Positions 45,636-57,008 are shown, counted from the stretch's first letter. The stretch is 64,000 nt of DNA from an uncultured Candidatus Rokubacteria bacterium (GCA_963789955.1 CAWBMV010000001.1:288001-352000), one strand, 5' to 3'. Numbers and translations: made by a program. The notes: generated from the letters alone by a model not told the origin.

Positions 45636-45757
45636 TTCGACCAATATTGCGCACTGCGTGGATGAGAGATCGAACGGTCTCCCGGATTCTCGCGCTGCTC
45701 AGATCGCGACCGCTGAGCCCGAGCATTCGCCATCCGTGGCATTCGGCCACTAGGATC

Positions 45758-46735
45758 ATGCCGCTTGGGCTCACCGTTGTTCTGGCGTTTGTCCACCACG
45801 CCGCGGCACCCACCGTTGAGGCCCAACAGGCGTCCAAGGTGGCCCGGGTCGGTGTCCTGGCCGGTGGGGGTGATCTCTTCCGTGCCGGCTTTGAGTCTTT
45901 TCGGCGGCGGCTGCGGGAATTGGGCTACGTGGAGGATCAGACCATCACCCTCTTTGTCCGGACCGCTGAGGGTCGAGCCGAGCGCTATCCGGACCTTGCC
46001 GCCGAACTCGTCCAGCTCCGGGTCGATGTCATCCTCGCTCAGGGCAATCCTGCTCTCGTTGCCCTTAAGCAGGCGACGTCGACAATCCCCATTGTGATGG
46101 CTCAAGTCGGCGACCCGGTGGGGTCCGGCTTCGTGGCCAGCCTCGCCAGACCCGGGGGCAACATCACCGGGCTGTCCAACATGGCCGAGGGCATCAGCCG
46201 CAAGTGGGTAGAACTGCTCAAGGAGGTGTCGCCCAAGACCACGCGCCTTGGCGTCCTCTGGGACCCGCGAATCGCTGCGCACGCGGGTATGTGGAAGGAA
46301 ATCCAGGTGGCGGGCCGGGCGTTGAACGTGACACCGCTGGCCTGGGAGGTCCGAGGGCCCGACGACATCGAGCGGGCCTTCTCGGTGATGGGCAGCGAGA
46401 GGATAGGCGCCATTGTCATCCTTCCCTACCCGGTGGCCGGCCAGAATCGACGCCTCATCGTCGACCTCGCGGCCAAAGCCCGGCTACCCGCCATCTACGC
46501 GTTTCGGGAGTTCGCGGAGGCAGGGTGCCTCATGACCTACGGACCGAACAACGCCGACTTGTATCGGCGCGCGGCCAACTACGTGGACAGGATCCTGAAG
46601 GGTGTCAAGCCGGCGGAGCTGCCCGTGGAACAACCCACCACGTTTGAACTGGTCATCAACCTTAAGACCGCCAAGGCCCTCGGGCTGACAGTCCCGCCGG
46701 CGCTCCTGCTGCGCGCGGACCAGGTCATTGAGTGA
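45758..46735 (+). CDS. Stand-alone ABC transporter substrate-binding protein (ABC_sub_bind family); cassette 1
   Basis: DPVGSGFVASLARPGGNITG, YVDRILKG.KPAELPVEQPTTFELVINLKTAKALGL...LLRADQVIE. Confidence 0.9.
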   Translation: MPLGLTVVLAFVHHAAAPTVEAQQASKVARVGVLAGGGDLFRAGFESFRRRLRELGYVEDQTITLFVRTAEGRAERYPDLAAELVQLRVDVILAQGNPALVALKQATSTIPIVMAQVGDPVGSGFVASLARPGGNITGLSNMAEGISRKWVELLKEVSPKTTRLGVLWDPRIAAHAGMWKEIQVAGRALNVTPLAWEVRGPDDIERAFSVMGSERIGAIVILPYPVAGQNRRLIVDLAAKARLPAIYAFREFAEAGCLMTYGPNNADLYRRAANYVDRILKGVKPAELPVEQPTTFELVINLKTAKALGLTVPPALLLRADQVIE

Positions 46736-46744
46736 TTTGACACT

Positions 46745-46816
46745 GCCCAACATTGCGCTCCAACGGACCGGCTGCTCGCGTTGCTCGCATGCCGTCCGCT
46801 GAGCGCAGCGTTATGC
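46745..46816 (+). mobile_element. Integron attC site 1
   Basis: R'' GCCCAAC ... R' GTTATGC; inner arms gcgctc(c)aacggac / gtccgctgagcgc with an extrahelical base. Confidence 0.85.
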
Positions 46817-46843
46817 GGAGTGAGATGGAAGGAGGCTAGGTCG

Positions 46844-47404
46844 ATGTTTGATCTGGATGTGTTCAAGGATCAGTGCGCCGCGGCGGCAGCTGGAGGAGCG
46901 GGCCAACAGGCCATTCGCGAGATCGTGGCCCGCGCGGTCGGGATGCCTGACGTGGTTCTCAAGTTGCTAGGCGAGCCCCGGCGCGCCGAGGTTAAGACTC
47001 TACACCGCTCCGCAGGTCTCACGATTCTGAATGTCATCTGGGGGCCACGCATGACCGTGATGCCGCACAATCACAACATGTGGGCCGTCATCGGGATATA
47101 CACAGGCCGCGAGGATAATATCCTATGGCGGCGGGTAGCGGATGAGTCCAGTGGTCGAATCGAGGCCGCAGGCGCCAAGGCACTCAGCGAACGTGATGCC
47201 CTACCCCTTGGCCGCGACATCATCCACTCCGTGACAAATCCGATCGGGCGGTTGACCGGCGCTATTCACGTGTACGGCGGCGACTTCTTCAGCGCGCCAC
47301 GCAGCGAGTGGGATCCGGAGCGGCTGGTCGAGCAGCCTGGCGATGTGCAGAGGACACTGCAGTTGTTCGAGGAGAGCAATCGCCTGTACGCCGCGCGATC
47401 GTGA
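46844..47404 (+). CDS. Cupin-fold (cysteine-dioxygenase-like) protein; cassette 2
   Basis: AGGAGG RBS; PHNHNMWAVIG, IHSVTNP, AIHVYGGDFF. Confidence 0.8.
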   Translation: MFDLDVFKDQCAAAAAGGAGQQAIREIVARAVGMPDVVLKLLGEPRRAEVKTLHRSAGLTILNVIWGPRMTVMPHNHNMWAVIGIYTGREDNILWRRVADESSGRIEAAGAKALSERDALPLGRDIIHSVTNPIGRLTGAIHVYGGDFFSAPRSEWDPERLVEQPGDVQRTLQLFEESNRLYAARS

Positions 47405-47450
47405 CGGAGCGGGCCGAGCAAGCCGTGGAAGCGCGAAGTGCAGCCAACCC

Positions 47451-47507
47451 GTATAACTTCGCAGTAGAGCGGACGCGCTTCGCGCGCCGCTCACCGCGGC
47501 GTTAGCC
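47451..47507 (+). mobile_element. Integron attC site 2
   Basis: R'' GTATAAC ... R' GTTAGCC; arms gcagt(a)gagcgg(a)cgcgc / gcgcgccgctcaccgc. Confidence 0.85.
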
Positions 47508-47534
47508 CGATTGGACTGATGTCCAACCCCTGAC

Positions 47535-48287
47535 ATGTACGACGAGATTGCGCCGCTCTATCACCTCATCTATCGAGACTGGAACGCCGTCATCGCTCAA
47601 CAGGCGGCGGCACTCGACGCCATCATTCGCGAACATGTGGGGCCGCCTCCGCGGTCGATCCTCGACGTCTCGTGCGGGATCGGTACCCAAGCCCTTGGTC
47701 TCGCGGCGCTCGGGCATGCGGTCGCGGCTTCCGATTTATCGTCGGCGGCCGTGGAGCGTGCTCGGCTCGAGGCGGCTCAACGCAACCTGGCCATTCGCTT
47801 CACGGTCGCGGACATGCGCCGGTGCGCAGGGGTTCACGGATCAGGGTTCGACGTCGTGCTCAGTGCCGACAATTCCATCCCGCATTTGCTCAGTGACGAC
47901 GCGATCCGCGAGGCGCTAGGAAACTTCCACCAATGTGTCCGACCCGGTGGAATCGCGATCCTCGGTCTCCGCGACTACTTGACGGAGGAGAGATCTTCGC
48001 CACGGCTGGTGCCGTACGGATTCCGCTCGGACGGTGACGACCGCTACTTCGTCGCCCAGACGCGAGACTGGGACGGCGACTTCTATGACGTGGCGATGTA
48101 CTTCATCCGCGAGGGGCGCGGTTCGAGACCGGCGGCGTTGATTGCGGGCTCGTCGCGATACTACGCCGTCCCAATTGATCGACTAGTCTCGCTGCTCGAG
48201 GAGAGCTCCTTCATTGAGATCCAACGGCTCGATGGTGTTCTGTACCAGCACCAGCCAGTATTGGTTGCGCGCCGTGGGACGAGCTAG
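47535..48287 (+). CDS. Class I SAM-dependent methyltransferase; cassette 3
   Basis: ILDVSCGIG, ADMR, DNSIPHL, RPGG. Confidence 0.85.
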   Translation: MYDEIAPLYHLIYRDWNAVIAQQAAALDAIIREHVGPPPRSILDVSCGIGTQALGLAALGHAVAASDLSSAAVERARLEAAQRNLAIRFTVADMRRCAGVHGSGFDVVLSADNSIPHLLSDDAIREALGNFHQCVRPGGIAILGLRDYLTEERSSPRLVPYGFRSDGDDRYFVAQTRDWDGDFYDVAMYFIREGRGSRPAALIAGSSRYYAVPIDRLVSLLEESSFIEIQRLDGVLYQHQPVLVARRGTS

Positions 48288-48480
48288 CATTCGCATTCAC
48301 GAGGTTATCGCGGTTCAGAAGGACGCCCACGCGGCTCAAGCGCGGAGCGCAGCCTGACCCGGGCCGCTCTTCGGGCGAAGAGGAATGATTGCACCGACCG
48401 TCGGCTGCCGCTCCAGCCGTCGACGCCGAACACACGCTGATACGGCACGTGAGCGTGCGATCAGCGCAGAGGCGAACCGT

Positions 48481-49299
48481 ATGAGCAATGCCGATACCGA
48501 CAAAGTCTTCAGTGGCTCGATTGCGAAGCTCTACGAAACCTATCTGGTTCCGCTGATCTTCGAGCCCTACGCGACAGATCTGGCGAATCGCCTTGCTTCA
48601 AGAACTCCGTCGCGCGTACTCGAGATTGCGGCCGGCACGGGTGTCGTGACGCGTGCGCTGGCATCCGTGCTACCCGAACGCGTGTCCATCGTCGCCACGG
48701 ATTTGAATCAGGCCATGCTCGACCAGGCTCTGGTAGTCGGGACCAGGCGTCCTGTGGAGTGGCGTCAGGCCGACGCCATGCGACTGCCGTTCGCAGACGA
48801 GACGTTTGACGCCGTCGTATGCCAGTTCGGAGTGATGTTCTTCCCCGAAAAGTCCAAGGCCTTTTCGGAGGCACGTCGAGTGCTTCGACCGGGCGGCGTT
48901 TTCATGTTCAACGTGTGGGATCGCATCGAGGAAAACGAATTCGCTGACACGGTCACGACCGCTCTGGAATCCCTGTTTCCCGAGGATCCGCCCCGCTTCC
49001 TGGCCCGCACACCCCACGGCTACCACGACCGCCCCACCATCGAGCGCGATCTCGCAAACGGGGGCTTCACGAAGTCAGCCCAGATCGCGACCGTTGCGGC
49101 GCGCAGTCGGGCGGAATCCTCGCGCGTGCCGGCCATCGCGTACTGCCAGGGAACCCCCCTGAGGAACGAGATCGAGGCGCGCGGCGCTTCGCGTCTCGGC
49201 GAAGCAACCGACCACGCGGCAGCGGCGATTGCCCAGCGTTTCGGGCGGGGGGCTGTGGACGGCAAGATCCAGGCGCACATCGTCACCATCGAAAACTGA
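48481..49299 (+). CDS. Class I SAM-dependent methyltransferase (UbiE-like)
   Basis: [34 protein letters not shown]. Confidence 0.88.
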   Translation: MSNADTDKVFSGSIAKLYETYLVPLIFEPYATDLANRLASRTPSRVLEIAAGTGVVTRALASVLPERVSIVATDLNQAMLDQALVVGTRRPVEWRQADAMRLPFADETFDAVVCQFGVMFFPEKSKAFSEARRVLRPGGVFMFNVWDRIEENEFADTVTTALESLFPEDPPRFLARTPHGYHDRPTIERDLANGGFTKSAQIATVAARSRAESSRVPAIAYCQGTPLRNEIEARGASRLGEATDHAAAAIAQRFGRGAVDGKIQAHIVTIEN

Positions 49300-49349
49300 C
49301 AGCCGCGAATCGTGAGTGCCGGAGACCGAACAGCGCGAGGTGGTTCCTG

Positions 49350-50014
49350 TCACGACAACGAGGCACGCACGGCGGCGAAGGGCGCCGTCCAGCCGACGAT
49401 CCCGCCCTGCGCGTGGACCATCGCGAGCGTGGCCTGCTTGAACTCGGGGAAGTAGCTCTCGGTCGCGTCCTCGACCAGCAGGCACTCGTAGCCGCGGTCG
49501 TTGGCTTCGCGCATCGTCGTCTGCACGCAGACTTCCGTCGTGACGCCGGCCAAGATCAGGTGCGTGATGCCGCTGCGATCGCAGCAGCTCGTCGAGCGCG
49601 GTCGCGTAGAAGGCGCCCTTGCCGGGCTTGACGATGACGGTCTCGCCGGCGCGCGGCGCGAGCTCCGGCACGATGTCGTTGCCGGGCTGGCCGTCGACGA
49701 GGATGCGGCCCATCGGGCCGGCGTCGCCGATCCGAAGCGCCGGACGGCCCCGCTGCCGCTTGGCCGGCGGGCAGTCGGCGAGATCCGGGCGGTGGCCTTC
49801 GCGCGTGTGGACGATGCGGATGCCGCGTGCGCGCGCCCACGCCGAGCAGGTCGCGCACGGTCGGCACGATCGCGGCCAGCCGGCTCACGTCGTTGCCGAG
49901 GGCTTCGCCGAAGCCGCCGCGCTCGACGAAATCGCGCTGCATGTCGATCACCACGAGCGCCGTGGTCGCCGGCTCGAACGAGTACGCGTACGGCCGCGCC
50001 GCGATCTCAGCCAC
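49350..50014 (-). CDS. trtA: Triuret hydrolase-like cysteine hydrolase (isochorismatase family); frameshifts near 49840 and 49575
   Basis: [71 protein letters not shown] match the TrtA pattern as I recall it. Confidence 0.8.
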
Positions 50015-51591
50015 GGGCAGGTGAGAGCGCCGGCGCCGCCGCGTGGTGTCCGGCCATGCACGGACCGATGACCGCGATGTCGGCCTTCGCGGTGGCGGTC
50101 TCGTGGACGATGCGGCCGTCGAAGATGACCACGATGCGGTCCGACAGCTCGAGCAGCTCGTCGAGGTCTTCGCTGACCAGCAGGACGGCCGCGCCGGCGT
50201 TACGCGCCGCCAGGATCCGGTCGTGGATCTCGGCGACCGCCGCGAAGTCGAGCCCGAAGACCGGATTGGCGGCGATCAGCACCGACACCGGCTCGGACAG
50301 CTCGCGCGCGAGCACCGCGCGCTGGACGTTGCCACCCGAGAGCGTCGCCATCGGCGCGTCGGGCCCTTCGCGTCTTCACGCCGAACGCGCGGATCCAGCG
50401 CTCGGCCTGAGCGCGGAGCGCGCCACGCCGGAGCCACGGGCCCGACGACTGAGGCGGCCGGTCGAAGTTTCGCAAGGTCATGTTCTCCGCGACGCTCATC
50501 GCAGGCACGCAGGCGTTCCGCAGCGGCTCTTCCGGCAAGCTGAACACGCGGTGACGGCGGATCTCGTCGCGGGTGGCGTGGAACGGCTCGCCGCCGACGA
50601 GAATCTCGCCCCCGGCCCTCGGGCGCTGGCCGATGAGCGCCTCGACGAGCTCGCGCTGGCCGTTGCCCGAGACGCCGGCGATGCCGACGATCTCCCCGGC
50701 GGCGATCGTGAGGTTCAGCCGGTCCACCGCGACCCGGCCGGCGTCGTCCTCGACCCGCAGATCACGGACGACGAGCGGGGGCGCACCGCCGTTACTCGGC
50801 GCGAGCGTCTTCTTCGCATGCGATTGCGGGATCTCGCGCGCCCCGACCATCAGCTGCGCCAGCACGGCCGGCGTCAGCTCGGCCGTCGACCCCTTGCCGA
50901 CGAGCTTGCCCCGCCGCAGCACCGCGACCTCGTCCGCGAACGCCATCACCTCACGGAGCTTGTGCGTGATCATCAGCACGGTGACATTGCCGGCGCGTGT
51001 CATCGCCCGCAGCATGCCGAGCACCTCGTCGGCCTCGACCGGTGTGAGCACGGACGTCGGCTCGTCGAGGATCATGAACCGGCGGCGGAGATAGAGCTGC
51101 TTCAGGATCTCGACCTTCTGCTTCTCGCCGGCCGCGAGCCGCGCGACCGGCCGATCGAGGTCGAGCTTGAACGGCACGGTGGCCATGAAGGCGGTGAGAC
51201 GATTCCACTCCGCCGGCCAGTTGACGACCGCGGGCACCTCGTCGCGGGCCATCACGAGGTTCTCGGCCACCGTCATGCTCGGCACCAGGGTGAAGTGCTG
51301 GTAGACCATGCCGATGCCGAGCGCGTGCGCGTCGTGCGGCGAGTGGATATCGCGCTGGCGCCCGCCCACGGTGATCTCGCCGGCGTCCGGCCGGTGATAG
51401 CCGACCAGGCATTTCACGAGGGTGCTCTTGCCGGCGCCGTTCTCGCCCAGGAGCGCCATGAACGAGCCCGCGCCGACGCGCAGCGACACATCGTCGAGCG
51501 CGGTGAAGGCGCCGAAGCGCTTGGTCATGCCGAGGACCTCGACCGCGACCGCGCGGCGCTGACCGCCCGCCGGCGCGCTGGCGCTCGCCAT
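50007..51591 (-). CDS. ABC transporter ATP-binding protein, tandem-domain CUT2/nucleoside type (frameshift near 50370)
   Basis: [46 protein letters not shown]. Confidence 0.9.
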
Positions 51592-52300
51592 CAAGCCGGC
51601 TCCCGGATGGCCGCGATGAAGTCGGTGGAGCGCGACACCGCGCCGAAGACGCCGCCTTGCATCGTGACCATCTTGATCGCGGCCTGGTAGTTGCCGTAGT
51701 CGGTCGCGCCCGTGCAGTCCTCGAGCAGCAGACACTCGAAGCCGCGGTCGTTGCCTTCGCGCATCGTCGTGTGGACGCAGACGTCGGTCGTGATCCCGGT
51801 GAGCACCAGGTTCTGGATGCCGCGCGTTCTCAGGATCAGCTCGAGGTCGGTCGCGCAGAACGAGCCCTTGCCGGGCTTGTCGATCACGGTCTCGCCGGGC
51901 TTCGGCGCCAGCTCGGGCACGATCTCCCACCCGGGCTCGCCGCGCACGAGAATGCGCCCGCACGGCCCGGGATCGCCGATGCCGGCGCCGATGCGCCGCG
52001 AGCGCCAGCGCTTGTTCGCCGGCAGATCGGACAGATCCGGCCGATGTCCCTCGCGCGTGTGGATCACGTGAAACCCGCCGGCCCGCGCCGCCGTCAGGAC
52101 CGCCCGGATCGGCTCGATCGGCGCGCGCGTGAGCGACAGATCGTAGCCCATGCGATCGACGTACCCGCCGATCCCGCAGAAGTCCGTCTGCATGTCGATC
52201 ACGACCACCGCCGTGTTCTCCGCCCGCAGATCCCCGTTATACGGCCACGGATACGGCTCCGCCTTCACATACCGCTCGGTCCCCGCGAGCCGTTAGTCAT
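51591..52300 (-). CDS. biuH: Biuret hydrolase (probable start ATG 52300, 1-nt shift before [11 protein letters not shown])
   Basis: [64 protein letters not shown] closely match Rhizobium BiuH as I recall it. Confidence 0.88.
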
Positions 52301-52356
52301 GCGTCCTCCGTTCTAGGCAAGAAACCGAGCATGAACGGAATCGCCAGCCCGGGCCG

Positions 52357-52383
52357 GGCCCTGCGACAGGCCCCGCCCGCCTC
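52357..52383. repeat. 27-bp fragment of hairpin element family 2
   Basis: ggccctgcgacaggccccgcccgcctc identical to 63591-63617. Confidence 0.7.
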
Positions 52384-52432
52384 GACGCGACGATCGCTCA
52401 TGAATAGGCCGGGCCGGCGACTCACGCTCATG

Positions 52433-53351
52433 CTACGATTGATGCTCAGCTCGCCCGGCGCGCCGGAGAGCGTGCGCCGTGGCGAGCACGTGGCGATCAT
52501 GATGCCGAGCGTGACGACGTACGGCGCGGCGTTGAAGAGATAGTAGCCGGACGTGACGCCGACCGACTGGAGCGCCGGGCCCAGCGATCCCGCGCCGCCG
52601 AAGAGCAGCGCGGCGTAGAAGCACTGGATCGGGTTCCAGCGCGCGAAAATCACGAGCGCCACCGCCATCAGTCCCTGACCGCTCGACAGTCCTTCGCTCC
52701 AGCTGCCCGGATAATACAGCGACAAGAACGAGCCGCCGACGCCGGCGAGAAAGCCGCCGAGCGCGGTCGAGAGCGTGCGCACGCGCGGGACGGCGTAGCC
52801 CATGGCGCGCGCCGCATCCGAGCTGTCGCCGACCATGCGGACGACGAGACCCCAGCGCGTGTTGCGAAACGCCCAGCCGAGCCCGATGGCGAGCGCCAGG
52901 CCGATCAGAAACAGCGGGTTCACCTGCAGCGCCGCGCGGATCTGCGGCGAGTCACTCCACGCACCGAGCGGGATCGCCGGCAAGGTCGGCGCCTTCGGCT
53001 GCACGTACGGCTTGCCCAGGAAGAACGCGAGCCCGGTGCCGAACAGCATGAGCCCGATCCCGACCGCGATGTCGTTGACCTTCGGCAGGTTGCACGCGAG
53101 GCCGTGGAGCAGGCCGAGCAGAAGCCGGCTCCGCCGGCGGCCAGCACGCCGAGCCAGGGGTTGCCGCTCGTGTACGAGACGGCGTAGCCGCTCATCGCGC
53201 CCATCACCAGAATGCCCTCGAGGCCGAGGTTGATCCGCCCGCTGCGCTCGGTGATGCACTCCCCGAGGCTCACGAACAGAAACGGCGTGCTCACGCGGAT
53301 CGCTCCACCGATGACACCGATCGGCACGCCCCACCACCCCAGCTCGACCAC
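52433..53351 (-). CDS. ABC transporter permease (BPD_transp_2); frameshift near 53125, end uncertain
   Basis: GECITERSGRINLGLEG, GQGLMAVALVIFARWNP. Confidence 0.85.
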
Positions 53352-53352
53352 G

Positions 53353-54414
53353 TCAGGCCGTCCTGGCTCGGAAGAGCCGGAGCCGGCCGTAGAGCGCTTC
53401 GCTGCCGAGGATCATCATGAACGCGATGCCTTGCAGAACGAGCACGGTCGCGTCCGGCAGATCGAGCCGGCGCTGTAGCATGCCGCCGGACGCCGAGAGA
53501 CCGCCGACGAGCACCGCGACCGGCACGATCGCGAGAGGATTCTGGCGGGCGATGAACGCGACGACGATCCCGGCGTAGCCGTAGCCGGCGATCAGCGAGG
53601 CGTTGGCGCTGCCGTGGACCGCGGCGACTTCGACGGCGCCGGCGAGCCCGGCGGCGGCGCCGCCCAGGAGACACGCGATCAGCACGAGCCGCCCGACCGG
53701 CAACCCGGCCAGGCGGGCCGCGCGCGGGTTGCCGCCGACGATGCGCAGCGCGAAGCCGAACGTCGTGTACCGAACGAGCACGTACATCGCCGCGCAGAAC
53801 ACGACGCCGTACGCGAGGCCCCAGTGAATGTCGAGCCCGGGCAGGTTGCCGAGCATGTTGACGTCGCCGATGTGGGTGGTCGAGGGCTTGTTGAGGCTCG
53901 ACGGATCGCGCAGCGGTCCCTCGACGAAGTGGTTGAAGAGCGCGACGGCGACGTAGGTCAGCAGGAGGCTCGAGATCGTCTCGTTGACGCCGCGATACTG
54001 GCGGAGCGCGCCGGCCAGCGCGATCCAGAGCCCGCCGATGACCATGCCGGCCAGCGCCATCGTCACCTTCACGCCGATCGGCGCGGCGCCGCTCAGGAGA
54101 TGGCCGGCGACGGCCGCCGCGAGGCCGCCGAGCACGACCGCGCCCTCGCCGCCGATCACCATCAGGCCCGCCTGCGCCGGCAGCGCGACGCAGAGCGCCG
54201 TCAGCACCAGCGGGGCGGCGCGCGAGAGCGTGTTCTGCCAGGAGAAGGCGCTGGCGAAGGCGCCCTTGTAGATCAGCGCGTAGATCTCGAGCGGATTCTG
54301 CCCGAGCGCCGCCGTGAAGATGCCGAAGACCACCATCGCCGCCGCCAGCGCGCCGATCGGGATCGCCAGCGCTTCGGCGGCGTGGCGCCACGCACCGGAG
54401 CGGTCGGACGCCAT
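53353..54414 (-). CDS. ABC transporter permease (BPD_transp_2)
   Basis: APLVLTALCVA, IGGEG, GVNETISSLL, GYGYAGIVVAFIARQNP. Confidence 0.88.
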   Translation of the reverse strand: MASDRSGAWRHAAEALAIPIGALAAAMVVFGIFTAALGQNPLEIYALIYKGAFASAFSWQNTLSRAAPLVLTALCVALPAQAGLMVIGGEGAVVLGGLAAAVAGHLLSGAAPIGVKVTMALAGMVIGGLWIALAGALRQYRGVNETISSLLLTYVAVALFNHFVEGPLRDPSSLNKPSTTHIGDVNMLGNLPGLDIHWGLAYGVVFCAAMYVLVRYTTFGFALRIVGGNPRAARLAGLPVGRLVLIACLLGGAAAGLAGAVEVAAVHGSANASLIAGYGYAGIVVAFIARQNPLAIVPVAVLVGGLSASGGMLQRRLDLPDATVLVLQGIAFMMILGSEALYGRLRLFRARTA

Positions 54415-54425
54415 CGCCGCCGAGA

Positions 54426-55548
54426 TCAGACCTTGCCGATCACGCCCTCGACCAGATAGTTCATCTGCTCGAGCACCACGTCGGTCTGCTTGTGCGCGGT
54501 CCCGGCGGCGATGACGGTGCTTGCCGGTGTTGTCCTTCAGCGGCCCCTTGAAGATGACGAAGTCGCCCTTCATCATCTGCGCCTTGACCGCGTCGGCGCT
54601 CTTGCGCGCGGGCTCGCCGACCGCGCGGCCGTAGGCGCCGGCTTTGACGAAGCCGTCCTTCAGGCCGCCGCGCATGAAGTTGTTCATCGGCCGGCCGGCC
54701 ATCGCCTCCTTCACGTGCGTGGTGTACGGCGTGGTCCAGTTCCACTCGGCGCCGGTCAAGTAGCCCTTGGGCGCCAGCGCCGACTGATCGGCGTGATAGC
54801 CGCAGACGAAGATGTTGCGGCGCTCGGCGGTCTCGACGATCACCTTCGGGCTGTCGACGTGGCAGGTGACGACGTCCACGCCCTGGTCGATCAGGCTGCT
54901 GGCCGCCTCCGCTTCCTTGACCGGCAGGGACCAGTCGCCGGTGACGATCAGCTGCGTCGTGATCTTCGGATCGACCGTGCGCGCGCCCATGGTGAACGCG
55001 TTGATGTTCCGCAGCACCTGCGGGATCGGCTTGGCCGCGATGAAGCCGAGCTTCTTCGTCTTGCTGGTGTGGCCGGCGACGATGCCGTTCAGGTACTGGC
55101 ATTCGTCGATGTAGCCGAAGTAGCTGCCGACGTTCCTGGGATGCTTGCCCTCGGTCCAGAGCCCGCCGCAGTGCGCGAACCGAATCTTCGGGTACTTCTC
55201 GGCCATGCGAAGAATGTGCGGATCGAAGTAGCCGAACGAGGTCGGGAACAGCAGGGTCGCGCCGTCCTGCTCGATCATCGAGCCCATCGTCTTCTGCACG
55301 TCGGTGGTCTCCGGCACCTTCTCCTGCTCGACCACCGTGATGCCCGGCATCTTCTTGAGGGCGGCGGCCGCCTGGGCCTGCGCCTGGTTGTAGCCGTAGT
55401 CGTCGCGCGGGCCGACGTAGATGACGCCGACCACCAGCTTGTCAGCGGCGAACGAGCGGCCGACGGCCGCGAGCGCGCCGAGCGCTCCGGCTCCCGCGAG
55501 GCCCAGCAAGAGTTCCCGGCGATCGAGTTGTCTCACGAGCTCCTTCAT
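54426..55548 (-). CDS. BMP-family ABC substrate-binding protein with Tat signal (frameshift near 54520)
   Basis: RRELL Tat motif; YVGPRDDYGYNQ, TSFGY, AAKPIPQV, HVDSP. Confidence 0.88.
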
Positions 55549-55616
55549 TTCCGCTCCTTCGTGCAGAGATTTCCGCCCCGGCTGAGTCCGTTTCCCGCCT
55601 GGAGACACGGCAAATC

Positions 55617-55633
55617 AGCAAGGACCAAGCCAG
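55617..55633 (-). promoter_or_regulatory. Sigma54 -24/-12 promoter of the triuret/biuret operon
   Basis: Minus strand CTGGCTTGGTCCTTGCT with exact GG-N10-GC spacing, about 70 bp before the start codon. Confidence 0.65.
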
Positions 55634-55777
55634 GGCGGGCCAGGTGACTAAGTCGCGGTTCTATTTGCCTCTGGCGCCGGCAGCCGGGACCGGCACCGAC
55701 CCGATTGCCTCTCTCTTGGGCAGTCGCCGGGCGGCGACTGACTAATACTCGTGCGTTCGCGGCTCGTGGGGCCCGGG

Positions 55778-57008
55778 CTACCCTCGCACCGTCACGCCGC
55801 CCTTGATCACGCGCTTGATGCGGCGCTTGTCCTGCAGGATGGTGATGTCCCGCAGCGGATCGCCCTCGACGAAGACCAGGTCGGCCCACTTGCCCTTCTC
55901 GATCGTGCCGATCTCGCCCTGGAGCCCGAGGCACTCGGCGGCGCGTCCCGTCGCGGCCTGCAGCGCCTGCATCGGCGTCATCCCGGCCGACACCAGCAGA
56001 GCCGGCTCGAGCGCGTTCGCCGGGTGGCCGTGGCCGCCGGCGTCGGTCCCGGCGACGACCTTCACGCCGGCCGCGAGCGCGCGCGCGACGCTCTCGACGT
56101 GGTGCGCGCGCAGCGCGTGGGCGCGCTCGCGCACGTGGGGCGCGGGCGACTCGCGATGATACTCGTAGACCGTCAACGTCGGGACGTAGAAGACGTGGTG
56201 CTCGGCCATCATCGGGATCAGCTCGCGGTCCTCGTCGAGATAGCAGCCGTGCTCGATCGAATCGACCCCGGCCTCGATGGCGACGCGCAGCCCGGCTCCG
56301 CCGAGCGCGTGGCACATCACGCGGCGCCCGAGCGAGTGCGCCTCGTCGACGAGCGCTTTCATCTCCTCGAGCGTGAACTCGGAATCTTTGGGTCCGTGGC
56401 CGGCGCGCGAGCTGGCGCCGCCGGTCGTCGCGCACTTGATCACGTCGGCGCCGGCGCGGACCATCGTGCGGACCGTCGTCCGCACGGCCTCGACCCCGTC
56501 GGCGACGCTCGAGGGCAGACTCGGATCGCTGTCGGCCGGCGCCCGGTGGCCCGACGGGCTCACGCGATCGCCGAGCCCGCCGGTCGGCGAGATGATCGCG
56601 AGCGAGAGCACCAGGCGCGGCCCGGGGATCAACCCTTCCTGGATGGCGACGCGGAAGCCCGCGTCGAGCCCGCCGGCGTCGCGGATCGCGGTGTAGCCGG
56701 ACTCGAGGATCTGCCGCGCGACGGTGGCGGTCCTGAGATGCCAGGTCGAGCGCGGCTCGTCGAGCCCCCAGCGCTTCGCGAGCTCGTAGCCGTGAAAGGC
56801 GAGATGGTCGTGGCAGTCGATGAGCCCGGGCAGCACGGTGAGGCCCGATGCGTCGATCACCTCGGTGCCGGCCGGCCAGCTCCCGCTCGGCGCGGCCGTC
56901 GTCACCGCCTCGATCCGGCCGTTGTCGATCTGGATCACCGCGTCGCGAACCGGCAGGCGCGCCGGTGCCGTCGATCAAGGTGCCCGCGCGGACGATCTTC
57001 ATCGTCAT
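55778..57008 (-). CDS. Metal-dependent amidohydrolase (frameshift near 56950)
   Basis: LIDGTG, PGLIDCHDH, GADVIK, MCHA, SIEHG, AGTDAG, GKWADLV. Confidence 0.88.

Noticed and set aside
48425..48473. Further attC before the second methyltransferase
   Set aside because: GCCGAAC and a hairpin are present but there is no GTTRRRY end; too degenerate to call
53353..55608. Apparent BMP-permease fusion
   Set aside because: Frameshift near 54520; the true BMP stop is at 54426 and the permease has its own ATG
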